64,000 bases of DNA from Flavobacteriales bacterium (GTDB lineage: Bacteria > Bacteroidota > Bacteroidia > Flavobacteriales_F > PHOS-HE28), in assembly GCA_047601855.1 (NCBI GenBank), contig JASGIM010000003.1, positions 576,797-640,796 on the forward strand. Direction: 5' to 3'. Made by a program: the position numbers and the translations under genes. Within the stretch, counting starts at the first letter, position 1. Every line of letters begins with the position of its first letter. Below the pieces are notes generated by a model, which ran no database searches, was not told where the DNA came from, and was given only the letters and a program-made list of their open reading frames with translations. Below are positions 54,237-62,664 of this stretch, piece after piece.

Positions 54237-54338
54237 GCCTCCGCCTCAAATGCAGGCGGGGTTGCGCTTTCCGCTGCAAGTCCTCGGCGGCTTCGTTCCT
54301 CATCCACCTGTGGACTTTCCGCTTCAATCGCTCACGCG
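54237..54338. repeat. Structured intergenic element with an internal direct repeat
   Basis: CTTTCCGCTGCAA (54267-54279) and CTTTCCGCTTCAA (54315-54327); CCGCCT...AGGCGG and AGTCC...GGACT stems. Confidence 0.55.
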
Positions 54339-54404
54339 AACTTCAAGACGCGCGTCATACCAAAGCGAATGCCCATCTTTAACGCAACAAGGCCGATACC
54401 ACCA

Positions 54405-55460
54405 ATGACAAGCACCGCTTCAGGCATAGAGATAGGCACCATACAGATTTTCCGTATGGACTTGGCTACCAGTCAAATGGAATCCATCTCCCACACCAAA
54501 TTTGGAGACGACTTTCATCAGTATCTCACAGGGCTCATTTCTATCATCACAAATGGAAGCAGTGGACGTTCTTTCGTCTTTAGAAGTCAAACAACCGAGG
54601 TGCGTAGTCAGATACCGCTTCTCGGATCAACAGAGGATTTTGAGAGGGCTTCAACTACCATCGCTAATCGCTTGCTGAAAACTGAACAAGAGACGCAAGA
54701 CAGAATGGCTCACATGAAAGTGGAGATTCAAAAAGGAATCGTCATTCAAGCCATGGTCAATGACAATGGAATGCGACGCTACGTTTTGTGCAAGGCGGAC
54801 CATAACGAATTTCTCGACGAGAAGGAGTTCAAGAAAGGTAAAGGATTGCCGATTAAGAAGCGTGTGTATAAGGCCTTTTCCTGCATCTTGACCGAGAACG
54901 TCGACGTGAGCGATGTCATGGTCTTTGATACAAACCCGAACTTGTCTAAGTACTGGTGGAATGACTTCCTCGAGTTAGATAAGGTACATTCCGATGAAGA
55001 CAACACAGAGAATGCCTTCGAAGCAATCGATAAGGGTGTAATGAACAAGCTCAAGAAAGAACACCCACAGGACTATCTCCCGCTCAGAAACAGTCTGGTC
55101 CGTTATTTCAGGTCTAAGGACAGCTTCGATATGAACGAGTTCCTCGATGAAGCGATTGGCAACTATACACCCTATGACGAGCGCCTTGATATCGGCGCAT
55201 TGAAAAACGTTATTAGGAGTCTACCGAAGAAGAATCCCAAGAAGGTGTTCGATGAGAAGTTCACCATCGCAAAAGAACGGGTTAGGGCCCGCTTCCTCAA
55301 TACTATTAGCCTTACCCCCGACATTGATCTGAAGCTACACCGGGATATTCCTGATCTCGAGAACGTCGTCTCCGCAGTTCAAGACAGTGATGGATCGAAG
55401 TACGTAAGGATCCGTTCCGATCAGGGCTACAAGTACTTCCACGAGAGAGCCAAGAAATAA
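54405..55460 (+). CDS. Hypothetical soluble protein, possibly related to NdpA/YejK (NA37) nucleoid-associated proteins; low GC
   Basis: 350 aa, no TM; IANRLLKTE, GIVIQAM, LCKADHNEFLD, SKYWWNDFLEL pattern recalls that family (recognition by eye). Confidence 0.6.
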   Translation: MTSTASGIEIGTIQIFRMDLATSQMESISHTKFGDDFHQYLTGLISIITNGSSGRSFVFRSQTTEVRSQIPLLGSTEDFERASTTIANRLLKTEQETQDRMAHMKVEIQKGIVIQAMVNDNGMRRYVLCKADHNEFLDEKEFKKGKGLPIKKRVYKAFSCILTENVDVSDVMVFDTNPNLSKYWWNDFLELDKVHSDEDNTENAFEAIDKGVMNKLKKEHPQDYLPLRNSLVRYFRSKDSFDMNEFLDEAIGNYTPYDERLDIGALKNVIRSLPKKNPKKVFDEKFTIAKERVRARFLNTISLTPDIDLKLHRDIPDLENVVSAVQDSDGSKYVRIRSDQGYKYFHERAKK

Positions 55461-55464
55461 GGGC

Positions 55465-56982
55465 ATGGGCTACATGCTACGACTTCTGGCCCCTTGCTTC
55501 CAAAACCTTGAGTTAATCGAAGCCTCCGAGAACGATATCACACATACATCGCGCTTCAGAGCGTCCGGCCTTCAAGCAATAGCACCTAGTCATGACGGAG
55601 CCCCGGTTCTTCTTCAGGAGTCCGATTCCATAACAGTATCCGCGCAGTTCGAGAACTCTGACCCCGAGGTGTATTCTTCAATTGGTGTGAATCCAAATTG
55701 GACCGAGTTCATAACTGCTCTATCAAACGATGCGTCTTTTCACCCAGAAGGGTCGTTGTCGATTGAGGTTCGAATCCAGAAGACACAAAATACTGATGAA
55801 TTATCTCTCTATGACTTGTCAGTATTTTCAGAAACCATCTTCAACTTGACCCTTTCCCAATCGTTGAGCGTATTCAATCGAGTTCTGTCTAAATCAGGTT
55901 TCCGGTGTTTCCGAGTCGTTGACCTAAACGCAGCGTTCGCGACATCAAGTATGCGCTATCTCCCCAACGGAGTGTTGAGAGAAATTAATCCGCCCAAAGA
56001 CAGATCCAAACGTATAGATAGTGTTTCTGGAGTCAGCTACTTCCAGAAGGACGACGAATGCCGGCTTCTTCCGAGTGATTTTCAGGTCATTGAGGGGCTA
56101 TGTCCAGATCAGAAACTTGTGCAGGCGTTCAGCAGCCTTGAACTCCTTCTTTCCCTTGCCCAGATTGTCGACATCAGTTCCTTGAAAGATGACATGTTCG
56201 CCTTCAAGTTGAACGGCCTGAGAACTACGAAGGGAAATATTGACGTTAAGAGTGCTCCTCCACGACATCAAGGCCAGTACGCTCGCATACATGAATGGAT
56301 TTATAGTGGAGGGGTTACCATCGATAAGATTGGCTTGGCCCGCAACATCATATCGCTCCATTTAGAACGACCCGATGGATTGGACCTCAAAGGCCGTCCG
56401 TATGACGCAATTCTGTCAGGGTACAAAATCTACGAAAAGCAGAACATCAAGACTTACATTGAACTGCGGAATAAAGTCTCTGAGCAACTGATTGACTTCA
56501 ACAATCGAGCGAGCAAGGTTGTCCAAGACTTCGCTTCTGGCTTTCAGCGGAGTGCATTGGCATTATTGAGTTTCTATACGACCGCAATCGTGGTAAAAGT
56601 TGTGTCCAAGGACTTGAGTCACTTGTTCAATACTGATATCACATTGCTCTCAATCGCATTCCTAGCAGCATCAATGATGTACTACTGCGTGTGTAAATGG
56701 GAAGTAAGACAGCAACGCGTACGGTTCATATCCAGCTATGAACAAATGAAAGAACGTCAGTCTGACATTCTTGATGACGAGGACGTTCGCCGCATTCTTA
56801 ACGATGATAAAGAGCATAATCTTAATGTGAAATACATCGATGAGAAGATTCGCGTCTATCAGAACTTATGGCTCGGTCTAGTGACTCTGCTCTTCTGCGC
56901 AACGCTTGCATTGTATGTGGTATTCATGATTGATGTACTGGTGGGACATCCAATCATTCGCTTCATCATAGGAAACCCGTGA
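55465..56982 (+). CDS. Hypothetical membrane protein with C-terminal coiled coil and 3 or more TM segments; low GC
   Basis: 505 aa, 4 nt after the previous stop; hydrophobic segments ALALLSFYTTAIVVKVV, ITLLSIAFLAASMMYYCVC, LWLGLVTLLFCATLALYVVFMI. Confidence 0.75.
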   Translation: MGYMLRLLAPCFQNLELIEASENDITHTSRFRASGLQAIAPSHDGAPVLLQESDSITVSAQFENSDPEVYSSIGVNPNWTEFITALSNDASFHPEGSLSIEVRIQKTQNTDELSLYDLSVFSETIFNLTLSQSLSVFNRVLSKSGFRCFRVVDLNAAFATSSMRYLPNGVLREINPPKDRSKRIDSVSGVSYFQKDDECRLLPSDFQVIEGLCPDQKLVQAFSSLELLLSLAQIVDISSLKDDMFAFKLNGLRTTKGNIDVKSAPPRHQGQYARIHEWIYSGGVTIDKIGLARNIISLHLERPDGLDLKGRPYDAILSGYKIYEKQNIKTYIELRNKVSEQLIDFNNRASKVVQDFASGFQRSALALLSFYTTAIVVKVVSKDLSHLFNTDITLLSIAFLAASMMYYCVCKWEVRQQRVRFISSYEQMKERQSDILDDEDVRRILNDDKEHNLNVKYIDEKIRVYQNLWLGLVTLLFCATLALYVVFMIDVLVGHPIIRFIIGNP

Positions 56983-57684
56983 TTTGAGTCTCTGCTAGGC
57001 ATCAGGCTCCGTACACGCTTCACAGATTAGCGCCAGCTTGCACCATTCGGCAAGTGGGGTCTACAGAACACAAGGAAGAGCCTACTCCTTTACGACGTGC
57101 CCGTCATGCGGGTACCACCCTATACACCGGAGCCAGCAGCAGCCCGCGCCCATGAGAGCGCACACTGTGCGTAGTCCTTCACTTTTGTCCTGAGGAAGTG
57201 TGGTAGTTTCCCTTGAGGAAGGACCGGCGGCATGGCCGCCTGTATGTATGTGGGAACGAAAGTACGTGGTCGGGCGGCCCCTGCAAGCAGTGCTGTGGCA
57301 TGCATGCTGGCCTCGGGTGGACAGGATACGGTCACCCGGTCCACCTGAACGACGAGTGGCACATCGGCTTGCCGAGCATATGGAGCGGCAGCACTACCCT
57401 CCGCTCCCGATCACCGGCCGATCTTTCAACATCCCTCTCCTCCTATCCCTCCGTTCGTGGGCGCGGGAACGCTGCGGCCGCCTGCCGTTCGCGGACACGC
57501 GATCGTTCAAAAGTCGTTGGGTCAACGCTCCGCGGCGTAGCAGGACACCCCTCTACCTTCGCCGCCATCGTACCCGTTGGACCAACGGAACGAACGCTTG
57601 GAGGAACGGCCTGATGACCGCGCTGGGCGTGGGAAGCAGGTCCGGACGAAGGGAACGAACAAGGAACTAGAAACACCACCACAC

Positions 57685-58500
57685 ATGGCCAAGATCATCG
57701 CCATCGTGAACCAGAAAGGCGGCGTGGGCAAGACCACGTCGGCCATCAACCTGGCGGCCTGCTTCGGGGTGCTGGAGCGCCGCACCCTGCTGGTGGACGC
57801 CGACCCCCAGGCCAACGCCACCAGCGGCACGGGCTTCGACCCGCGCAACGTGAAGGCCAGCATCTACGAGAGCATCATCAACGGCGCGCCCGCCACCGAC
57901 GTGGTGATCCCCACCGACAATCCGAACCTCGACCTGCTGCCCGGCCACATCGACCTGGTGGGCGCCGAGATCGAGATGATCGACATGCCCGAGCGCGAGA
58001 AGCAGATGAAGAAGGTGCTGGACCCGCTGCGCGACCAGTACGACTTCATCATCATCGACTGCTCCCCTTCCCTGGGGCTGGTGACGGTGAACGCCCTCAC
58101 CGCCGCGGACAGCGTGATCGTGCCCGTGCAGTGCGAGTACTTCGCGCTGGAAGGCCTGGGCAAGCTCCTCAACACGATCAAGATCGTGCAGCAGCGCCTG
58201 AACCCGGAGCTGGTGATCGAGGGCATGCTGCTGACCATGTACGACAGCCGCCTGCGCCTGGCCAACCAGGTGGTGGAGGAAGTGAAGACGCATTTCCAGC
58301 AGCTCGTGTTCGACACGGTGATCCACCGCAACGTGGCCCTGGGTGAAGCCCCCAGCCATGGGCAGACGATCATCATGCACGACGCCAGCAGCAAGGGTGC
58401 CACGAATTACCTGAACCTGGCGCGCGAGATCCTGCAGAAGAACGACATGACGCGCATCCCCGAACACGAGCGCACCATCCCCATCGCTGAGGAGCAATGA
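57685..58500 (+). CDS. parA: Chromosome partitioning ATPase ParA/Soj
   Basis: NQKGGVGKTT, DADPQANAT, IDCSPSLG, QCEYFALEG, EAPSHG. Confidence 0.95.
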   Translation: MAKIIAIVNQKGGVGKTTSAINLAACFGVLERRTLLVDADPQANATSGTGFDPRNVKASIYESIINGAPATDVVIPTDNPNLDLLPGHIDLVGAEIEMIDMPEREKQMKKVLDPLRDQYDFIIIDCSPSLGLVTVNALTAADSVIVPVQCEYFALEGLGKLLNTIKIVQQRLNPELVIEGMLLTMYDSRLRLANQVVEEVKTHFQQLVFDTVIHRNVALGEAPSHGQTIIMHDASSKGATNYLNLAREILQKNDMTRIPEHERTIPIAEEQ

Positions 58501-59396
58501 CGATGAAGAAGAAAGGACTGGGCCGTGGATTGAGCGCCCTGCTGGAGGATTCGAACACGGACATCACGGAACGCGCGCCGGCGCAGGCCGACCTGGGCAG
58601 CGCCCGCGTGGCCGGAGGCGTGGCCACCATCCCCGTGGCGCAGATCGAGCCCAACCCGTTCCAGCCCCGCACGCACTTCAGCAAGGAAGCCCTGGTGGAA
58701 TTGGCCCAGAGCATCAAAGAATTGGGCATCATCCAGCCGGTGACCGTGCGCAAGCTGGGCTACGACAAGTACCAGCTGATCAGCGGCGAGCGCCGCTTCC
58801 GCGCCTCGCAGCTCGCCGGCCTTACGGACATCCCCGCCTACATCCGCATCGCCAACGACGAAGGCATGCTTGAGATGGCGCTGGTGGAGAACATCCAGCG
58901 GGAGGAGCTCGACGCCGTCGAGGTGGCCATCAGCTTCCAGCGCCTGGTGGACGAGGTGAACCTGACCCAGGAGCAGCTGAGCGAAAAGGTGGGCAAGGAC
59001 CGCGCGACGGTGGCCAACTACCTGCGCCTGCTGAAGCTGCCCCCCGAGATCCAGCTGGGCCTGCGCCAGCGGCAGATTGGCATGGGCCATGCCCGCGCGC
59101 TGATCACCATCGGCGACCCGCAGAAGCAGGTGGAGCTGTTCCACCGCATCGTGGAAAGCCAGATGAGCGTGCGCCAGGTGGAGGAACTTTCCCGCGAGAC
59201 CACGCGCCTGAAGAACTTCCCGAAAGGCCCCAAGATGACCAGCGCCCAGCACCGGCAGTTGAGCAAGCAGCTGGCCAACATGTACGGCACCCGCGTCACC
59301 GTGAAGCAGAGCGATGCCGGCAAGGGCCGCATCGAGATCACCTTCAAGAACGACGAGGAGCTGCTGCGCATCACGCGCCTGCTGGAGAGCCGGTAA
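58497..59396 (+). CDS. parB: Chromosome partitioning protein ParB/Spo0J
   Basis: GLGRGLSALL, QPRTHF, GERRFRA, ENIQRE, HTH. Confidence 0.95.
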   Translation: MTMKKKGLGRGLSALLEDSNTDITERAPAQADLGSARVAGGVATIPVAQIEPNPFQPRTHFSKEALVELAQSIKELGIIQPVTVRKLGYDKYQLISGERRFRASQLAGLTDIPAYIRIANDEGMLEMALVENIQREELDAVEVAISFQRLVDEVNLTQEQLSEKVGKDRATVANYLRLLKLPPEIQLGLRQRQIGMGHARALITIGDPQKQVELFHRIVESQMSVRQVEELSRETTRLKNFPKGPKMTSAQHRQLSKQLANMYGTRVTVKQSDAGKGRIEITFKNDEELLRITRLLESR

Positions 59397-59413
59397 CGCG
59401 CACATCTCCCCAT

Positions 59414-59521
59414 TGTCACGCTGAGCCCGCCGAAGCGTGACCACTCCTGAGCGGCGTCCCCGGATCTTCGGAGGTCATGCTTCGGCATGCTCAGCATGCC
59501 AGATAACAGCTCGGCATGACA
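59414..59521. repeat. Cluster of REP-like palindromes (inverted pair plus a partial copy)
   Basis: TGTCACGCTGAGCCCGCCGAAGCGT (59414-59438); ATGCTTCGGCATGCTCAGCATGCCA (59477-59501); partial GCTCGGCATGACA. Confidence 0.7.
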
Positions 59522-59562
59522 GATGATCGGCCGGAGCGATCTTTGCGCTTGCCTGCTCCCGA

Positions 59563-60168
59563 ATGTCCACCGCCCGTTCTCTCGCGTTCCTGCTGCTGAC
59601 CGGCCCGGCCCTGATGGCCGCGGCGCAGGCCGACGGCCTGCGGGCGGATACGAACGCCCTCCGGGTGCAACAGACCGTTGCCCCCGTTCCCACCGATACC
59701 GCCGTGCATCTGGATTGGCGGGCCCGCCACCAACCATCCCGCGCAACGATCTATTCCGCGATCCTGCCCGGGGCCGGGCAGGCGTACAACCGGAAGTATT
59801 GGAAGGTGCCCATCGTGCTCGGCGGACTGGGCGTGTGCTACTACTTCATCCACGACAACAACCAGCAGTTCCAGCGGTACAAGCGCGCCTACCTCGCTTC
59901 CGTCGATGGCGACCCGAACACGGTGGACGAGTTCAACGGCGCCTATTCCGCGGATGCCCTGCGCAACGTGGCGGATACCTATCACCGCTGGCGCGACCTG
60001 AGCTACGTTGCGATCGGGCTGGTCTACATCCTCAACGTGGTGGACGCTTCCGTGGACGCGCATTTCGTGCGCTTCAACGTGGGGCCGGACCTTACCCTGG
60101 ACCTGCGCCCGTCCATTCCCCTGGCCGCCCAGGGCGCGCTGGGCCTTTCGTTGGACCTCCGCCTCTAA
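59563..60168 (+). CDS. DUF5683 domain protein
   Basis: SAILPGAGQAYNRKYWKVPIV, LNVVDASVDAH; between parB and dapB. Confidence 0.85.
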   Translation: MSTARSLAFLLLTGPALMAAAQADGLRADTNALRVQQTVAPVPTDTAVHLDWRARHQPSRATIYSAILPGAGQAYNRKYWKVPIVLGGLGVCYYFIHDNNQQFQRYKRAYLASVDGDPNTVDEFNGAYSADALRNVADTYHRWRDLSYVAIGLVYILNVVDASVDAHFVRFNVGPDLTLDLRPSIPLAAQGALGLSLDLRL

Positions 60169-60190
60169 CTTGGCGGCCTACGCTTCCACC

Positions 60191-61093
60191 ATGGACATTG
60201 CGCTGTACGGTTATGGGAAAATGGGCCGCGCCATCGAGCAGGTGGCATTGGCGCGCGGGCACCGGATCATCCTGAAAGTGGACCACGCGAACGTCGGCAC
60301 CCCACCCACGGGCGCGGACGTGGCCATCGAGTTCAGCCGGCCGGACCAGGCGTTGGCGAACATGCGCCTCTGCCTGGAGCACGGCGTGCCGGTGGTGGTG
60401 GGCACCACCGGATGGTACGATCGCCTGAACGAGGTGAAGGCCCTGGTGAACGGCACGAAAGGCGGGCTGCTCTGGGCCAGCAACTTCAGCATCGGCGTGA
60501 ACCTGTTCTTCCGCCTGAACCGCTACCTGGCCGGGCTGATGGACACGCAGCCGGGCTACGCCGCCCACCTCCACGAGATCCACCACGTGCATAAGCTGGA
60601 CGCGCCGAGCGGAACGGCCATCACCCTGGCGCGCGACATCGACCTGAAGACGCAGCGGTACTCCGGTTGGCAGTTATGCAGCTCGCAGGAGCAGGAGGCA
60701 GGAGGCAGGAGCAGTAGCTCGCCCCTGCCACCTGTTCCTGCTCCTGCTGCTCCTGCCCCTGGCCCCATCCCCATCACAAGCGAACGCACCGATGAAGTGC
60801 CGGGCACGCACAGCATCGCGTGGACCAGCGCGGAGGACCGCATCGTTATCTCCCACGAGGCCTTCGGCCGGCAGGGCTTCGCCACCGGCGCCGTGGTGGC
60901 CGCCGAATGGCTGAAGGGGCGCACCGGCCTGTTCACCATGGACGACGTGCTCGAATCTGCCGCGATGACCGCTCCCTGCCCACCGGACGGCCGTTCACGC
61001 ATTTTCACATCGCCCTCCCGCTCCTATTCCGCACTTTCGTGCCCCAACGCCTCCGGTGATCCCGGACGGCCCCATCCATCGCTCCCCGCATGA
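60191..61093 (+). CDS. dapB: 4-hydroxy-tetrahydrodipicolinate reductase (true stop may be TGA 60966-60968)
   Basis: GYGKMG, GTTGW, SNFSIGVN, EIHHVHKLDAPSGTA, GFATGAVVAAEW. Confidence 0.93.
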   Translation: MDIALYGYGKMGRAIEQVALARGHRIILKVDHANVGTPPTGADVAIEFSRPDQALANMRLCLEHGVPVVVGTTGWYDRLNEVKALVNGTKGGLLWASNFSIGVNLFFRLNRYLAGLMDTQPGYAAHLHEIHHVHKLDAPSGTAITLARDIDLKTQRYSGWQLCSSQEQEAGGRSSSSPLPPVPAPAAPAPGPIPITSERTDEVPGTHSIAWTSAEDRIVISHEAFGRQGFATGAVVAAEWLKGRTGLFTMDDVLESAAMTAPCPPDGRSRIFTSPSRSYSALSCPNASGDPGRPHPSLPA

Positions 61094-62655
61094 TCGCCTG
61101 GGTCCTCTTCGCCGCCTACATCGCGCTGCTGTTCATCTGCCTGCCGAAGCTCTTCGCCAAGGCTGGCATCCCCGCTTGGAAAGGCGCCGTGCCCTTCTAC
61201 AACCTGTTCGTGTGGAACAGGATGCTGGGCAAACCTTGGTACTGGCTGCTGTTGCTGCTGGTGCCGGGCATCAACCTGCTCATGTTCATCGTGTACAACG
61301 TGAACACCAGCATCTGCTTCGGTGAGCGGAAGTTCAGCCAGCACGTGGGCATGGTGCTGCTGCCGTGGTACCACCTGCCGCGCCTGGCCTTCGGCGCCCC
61401 CTACAAGCACGTTGGCCCCATCCCGGTGAACGAGCGCAAGCGCACCACGCTGGGCCAGTGGGGCGACGCCATCCTCTTCGCGGTGATCGTGGCCACCACC
61501 TTCCGCATCCTCACGTTCGAGGCCTTCACCATCCCCACGGAATCCATGGAGAAATCGCTGCTGGTGGGCGATTACCTCTTCGTGAGCAAGTTGAGCTACG
61601 GCCCACGTATGCCGATGACGCCGGTGACCTTCCCCTTCACGCACCACACGCTGCCGCTCACCAAGAGCACGCCCAGTTTCACCAACTGGTTCGCCCTGCC
61701 CTACAAGCGGCTGCCCGGCTTCGGAAAGCCCGAACGCGGAGATGCGGTGGTGTTCAACTTCCCGGAGGGCGACACGGTGGTGGCGAACTACCAGAACATG
61801 AGCTACTACCAGCTCGCGCGCATGTGCAGCCGGAAGGACCTGCTGGAACGGGAGCGCGTGGTCTTCACCCTGCCCGATGGCCGCCGTGGCAGCGCGCCGA
61901 CCGGAGGCATCCTCGTGCGCCCGGTGGACAAGCAGGAGAACTACATCAAGCGGTGCGTGGGCGTGCCGGATGACACGATCGAAGTGCGCGACGGCACCGT
62001 GTACGTGAACGGCGAAGTGCAACCCTTGCCGCCTATGGGTCAATATGCTTACGACTTCCAGTTGAAGGATGCCTTCAACGTGAAGACGCTGAAAGCGCAG
62101 TACGACATCACCACCACCGACGTGCAACAGGAAGGCGATCGCGCCGAGATCCCGCTCACCGCCGCTGCCGCCGAGGCGCTGAAGAAGTTCAGCAACGTGG
62201 TGGGCATGGAGCGCCAGAACAAGCCACGCGGCTACTACAAGAAAGGCGACAACAACTTCTGGCCCATCTTCCCCAACGATCCGCGCTTCGATTGGAGCGA
62301 GGACAATTTCGGGCCTCTTTGGGTGCCGAAGGCCGGTGCCACGATCAAGCTCACCGTGGACAACCTGCCGCTCTATCGCCGGGCGATCCAGGTGTACGAA
62401 GGGAATGCCTTGGAGGTGAAGGGCAACGACATCCTCATCAACGGCGCGAAGGCCGACAGCTACACCTTCAAGCAGGACTACTACTGGATGATGGGCGACA
62501 ACCGCCACCGCTCCCAGGACGCGCGGTTCTGGGGCTTCGTGCCCTTCGACCACGTGGTGGGCAAGGCCGTGCTGGTGTGGCTCACCGCCGATCCCGAGAG
62601 CGGTGGCTTCCCCGGCGGCATCCGCTGGAAGCGGCTGTTCTCACTGGTGCGCTGA
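61090..62655 (+). CDS. lepB: Signal peptidase I with N-terminal DUF5684-like membrane domain
   Basis: IPTESMEKSL (Ser), YIKRCVG (Lys), MMGDNRHRSQDARFWG. Confidence 0.93.
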   Translation: MIAWVLFAAYIALLFICLPKLFAKAGIPAWKGAVPFYNLFVWNRMLGKPWYWLLLLLVPGINLLMFIVYNVNTSICFGERKFSQHVGMVLLPWYHLPRLAFGAPYKHVGPIPVNERKRTTLGQWGDAILFAVIVATTFRILTFEAFTIPTESMEKSLLVGDYLFVSKLSYGPRMPMTPVTFPFTHHTLPLTKSTPSFTNWFALPYKRLPGFGKPERGDAVVFNFPEGDTVVANYQNMSYYQLARMCSRKDLLERERVVFTLPDGRRGSAPTGGILVRPVDKQENYIKRCVGVPDDTIEVRDGTVYVNGEVQPLPPMGQYAYDFQLKDAFNVKTLKAQYDITTTDVQQEGDRAEIPLTAAAAEALKKFSNVVGMERQNKPRGYYKKGDNNFWPIFPNDPRFDWSEDNFGPLWVPKAGATIKLTVDNLPLYRRAIQVYEGNALEVKGNDILINGAKADSYTFKQDYYWMMGDNRHRSQDARFWGFVPFDHVVGKAVLVWLTADPESGGFPGGIRWKRLFSLVR

Positions 62656-62664
62656 TCCCGGCCG

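Noticed and set aside
52250-54307. 685-aa minus-strand ORF
   Set aside because: Antisense to paaZ
54405-56982. Assignment to Kiwa or another named defence system
   Set aside because: Gene order and size of the membrane protein do not fit KwaA-KwaB, and I recognise no diagnostic motif; left unassigned pending searches
57360-59560. parS site near parAB
   Set aside because: No TGTTNCACGTGAAACA-like palindrome seen around the operon
60950-61093. C-terminal extension of DapB as a real domain
   Set aside because: Composition looks like read-through of intergenic DNA; removing one base gives LDLPR-stop at 60968. The ATGA overlap with lepB means it cannot be fully excluded
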